64,000 nt of DNA from Salpingoeca rosetta (taxonomy: Eukaryota > Protista > Choanoflagellata): positions 80,702-144,701 of the forward strand of contig JAWQFM010000009.1 in NCBI GenBank assembly GCA_033442325.1. The letters are read 5' to 3'. Position 1 is the first letter of the stretch; every line of letters begins with the position of its first letter. Position numbers and translations under genes: made by a program. The notes beneath the pieces were generated by a model. The model was not told the origin of the DNA. It ran no database searches and was given only the letters and a program-made list of their open reading frames with translations. Shown here piece after piece: positions 61,030-64,000 of the stretch.

Positions 61030-62764
61030 GATTGACTGGCTACTCCTGGTAGTCTCGGGGGGGGAGGGGAGGAGAGGGGTGTGGTTCGTTTGACAACACG
61101 ACCACAGTCTACAAAACGATGAGGAGAGAATCGTGGGGTGGGGATGGGGGCAAACAGTAGTTGTGAGTCAAGGCATTCAGAGTGTGTGGCCGGACGTGTA
61201 TGGTGTTGATGTGTGATAGGATTAGCATGTGCTTTGAGTGTGTGCGTGTGTGTTGAGGGTGTGTTCTGTGTGTATAAGTGTGTGGGGGTAGTTGCACGCA
61301 TGTACTTGAATGTTTGTGCATGTCGTGTGTTCTGTGTGGATGGGCATGCAGACACGCACATGCAGACATGCAAGGTGCTCACCGCTAAGTTGTGAGTGTC
61401 GTAGATGAGCGAAATGGGCGCGCTCAGCCAAGCACTGTTGGTTGGTGTTGCAGCGCCTGGTGGCTGTAAGCTACCGGAACAGGAGGATTCAAAGAGAGAG
61501 AGTGCGGCAGGTGAGTGGAAGTGTGGCAAATTATTGTGTTGTGTTGGTGACGTATGGTGCTTGTGAACAGCGATGTGGACATGAGAAGCATGCATGCATG
61601 TGTGCAAGACTGTTGTGCCGGAAGGGAAGCGGCGGGTTGTGGTGTGCGACAGTGTTGTGCGTTAAATAAAGCAGGGGAAGAAAGGCCAATTGTTGTCACA
61701 GTCGTGTTGTGTGGTGTGGCTGAATGTGACTGTGTGACATGTCTCTCCCTTGGCTGTGGCTGTGGCTGTTGCTGTGTGTTGGTGGTGTCGCTGCGTGTTG
61801 TTGGTGTTGCAGCAGCTGGCAGCATCATCACTGCTCGTCGCCCTCGTTCTCCTTCTTCTTCGCCATCTCCTCCTTCTTCCTCCTCGTTCTCACTCGCTCG
61901 CCAAATCACCGTGGTTGCAACCCCCACCACAAACAAACACACACACACACAGCAAGCTGGGGCTCTGGCACGTGACTGATACCACCAGACGCTGCTGATG
62001 CTGCTGGTGATGCTGCTGGTGGTGCATTGGCTTCAACCCAACTTGTTGTATGCCACCAAAATCATACACCGAAGGCTCACACGCTTTCCAGAAAGACACA
62101 CGCACGCATGCGCACGCACACACACTGTCTCGCACTCTCACGCCCTGCCTCTGGAAGGAGAAGCTGTGGTGGTCGGTGATGGCTGATTACTATGCGCACG
62201 CGCGTTGACACGCGCACATGCACACGGAAGCATACCTTTTCGAAGCAACTTGTGTGTCGCCAGATAAGGACGAGGAGAGGCTTTTGTGTTGGTCGGTTTG
62301 AGGGAGTGAGAGGAAGAGCGGGGTTGTTGGTCGATGGGAGTAGGAACAGAGGAAGGGGGGGGGGCAATTGAAAGGAACAAGGGGGAGATTGACGATGGAG
62401 TCGAAGCTGAAGCTGGTGGTGGGTTGGAATGGAAGGCACACGCGCACACGGGAGAGGAGGAAGAAGACGAGGGAGGGAGCCAACCACGAGGGCACAGACA
62501 ACTCACTCACGCGCGTGTGAGGGGGAAAAGGGCGATGCCAACACGAGTTCTTTCACCCTTTTGCCACAAGGGGACGAGGATTTGCGCACGTTTCCCAGTT
62601 ATTTTCGTCCACCACGTGTGCACGAAGCAGCGCCAACAACCCCCCTATCGCCTAATGCGTCCTCACGCACCGACGGTGGATAAGCCACACACAGTCTACG
62701 CCTATTTTGTACGCGACAGCACAAGTTACAAGAGAACGGTGTACGACGGCGACACACAGAGATA

Positions 62765-63289
62765 ATGGAGGCGGACAACCGGCTGTCGTTCTTCAAGGTT
62801 GGTGCTTCTTGTGTGCTTGTGTGTGCTTGTATGTGTGGTGTGTGTGGGGTTGTATGTGCTTGTATGTGTGTGTGTGTGTCTTTGTATGTGTGCTTGTGTG
62901 TGTGTGTGTCTTTGTATGTCTTTGTATGTGTGCTTGTATGTGTGTGTGTGTAGGTTCAAGTGTTTGCGTGGACTCATTTCATTGTCAACTGCGCATGAAC
63001 CATCATGGAACATACAGACGGTGCTGCAGTTGAAGCGTGTGGAACGGGCAGGATGGGTGCGACGCAAGGTGCCGCGGCCAGAAAGCGTGGCTGACCACTC
63101 CTTTATGATGGCAGCCATTGCATTCGCTGTCCCAGACACATCGCAACTCGACCGAACCACGTACGCTCGTGTGTGCATGTGGGTGTGTGTGTGCATGTGT
63201 GCGTGTGTGTGTGCAGGTGTATGTGTGCGTGGGGGGGGGGGAAGGGAGGACAGTGTATGTGCAGGGTGGTGGGACAGTGTACGTGCAGG

Positions 63290-63322
<33 letters not shown>

Positions 63323-63684
63323 TGTGTGTGTGCGTGTGTGTGCAGGTGTGTGCAGGTGTGTGTGTGCAGGGCGTGGGAGTGTGTGGGTGGGGTGTATACA
63401 GGTGTACGAGCACCACGGCCTCATCCTTCGGTGTGGATTCTACTGCTGGCACTACGCTCGCCCACAGTCCCGATGCCCTCGCATTACACGCTCGTCCGCA
63501 CCCGCACAGACCAGAATGATTCGCTCACTCGCGCGCACGCGCAATCCCGTCAAAACCCCACACACCAATTATTTATCGCAGATGCATCCAAATGGCAGTT
63601 GTTCACGACATTGCGGAGTGTATTGTTGGCGACATCACACCTCACGACGGCATCTCAAAGGCAGACAAATCCCAACGCGAGCAG
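62765..63684 (+). CDS. HDDC2: HD domain 5'-deoxynucleotidase HDDC2/YGK1 family, 3'-partial
   Basis: MEADNRLSFFK | TVLQLKRVERAGWV..PESVADHSFMM | CIQMAVVHDIAECIVGDITPHDGISKADK. The gene continues beyond the window. Confidence 0.93.
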
Positions 63685-63806
63685 GTACACAGGAGCTCCG
63701 TGCAGCGTGATTGCGCCGTGTGCGTCTGTGTGTCTGTGCATGTGTGGGAAGCGGCACTTGCCATTGCCCACACGCGTGACCCGTTGCGCTGCCCCTCCTC
63801 GCCGCC

Positions 63807-63807
<1 letters not shown>

Positions 63808-63866
<59 letters not shown>

Positions 63867-63892
63867 AGTTGTTGTTGTTGTTGTTGTTTTAG

Positions 63893-63945
<53 letters not shown>

Positions 63946-64000
63946 AGTTGTTGTTGTTGTTGTTGTTGTTGTTGTTGGTTGTTGTTGTGTTGTTGTTGTT
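63808..64000 (+). repeat. (TTG)n microsatellite in an HDDC2 intron
   Basis: Seen directly. Confidence 0.95.

Overview
Gene-dense, intron-rich eukaryotic DNA with GC-rich exons and (CA)n/(GT)n microsatellites in most introns. The style and the animal-like gene set suggest a choanoflagellate such as Salpingoeca rosetta (inference only). Most ORFs in the supplied track are microsatellite artefacts, so I rebuilt spliced models by hand from GT..AG junctions and reading phase. I find 16 protein genes and one tRNA: LysRS (5'-partial), a Tim44/MAIP1-like protein, an RLPH-type phosphatase, tRNA-Thr(UGU), an AspH-like oxygenase, NIFK/Nop15, PITHD1, RanGAP1, SCOT/OXCT1, NudE, an SLC35A4-like transporter, a RING-UBA-SARA-like protein, NSF, RPS11, a MAPR/cytochrome b5-like protein, LARP1 and HDDC2 (3'-partial). 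The most notable observations are: (1) a predicted N-acylated RING+UBA ubiquitin ligase carrying the SARA/endofin C-terminal region without FYVE or Smad-binding domains; (2) LysRS with an appended C-Ala/DHHA1-like domain; (3) a plant-type RLPH phosphatase fused to a degenerate Nudix-like domain; (4) RanGAP with the animal-type SUMO-acceptor C-domain; (5) SLC35A4 and NudE in the same frame, separated by one TAA; (6) NSF lacking the D1 Walker A region, probably an assembly collapse. All homology calls come from recalled family motifs, not database searches.
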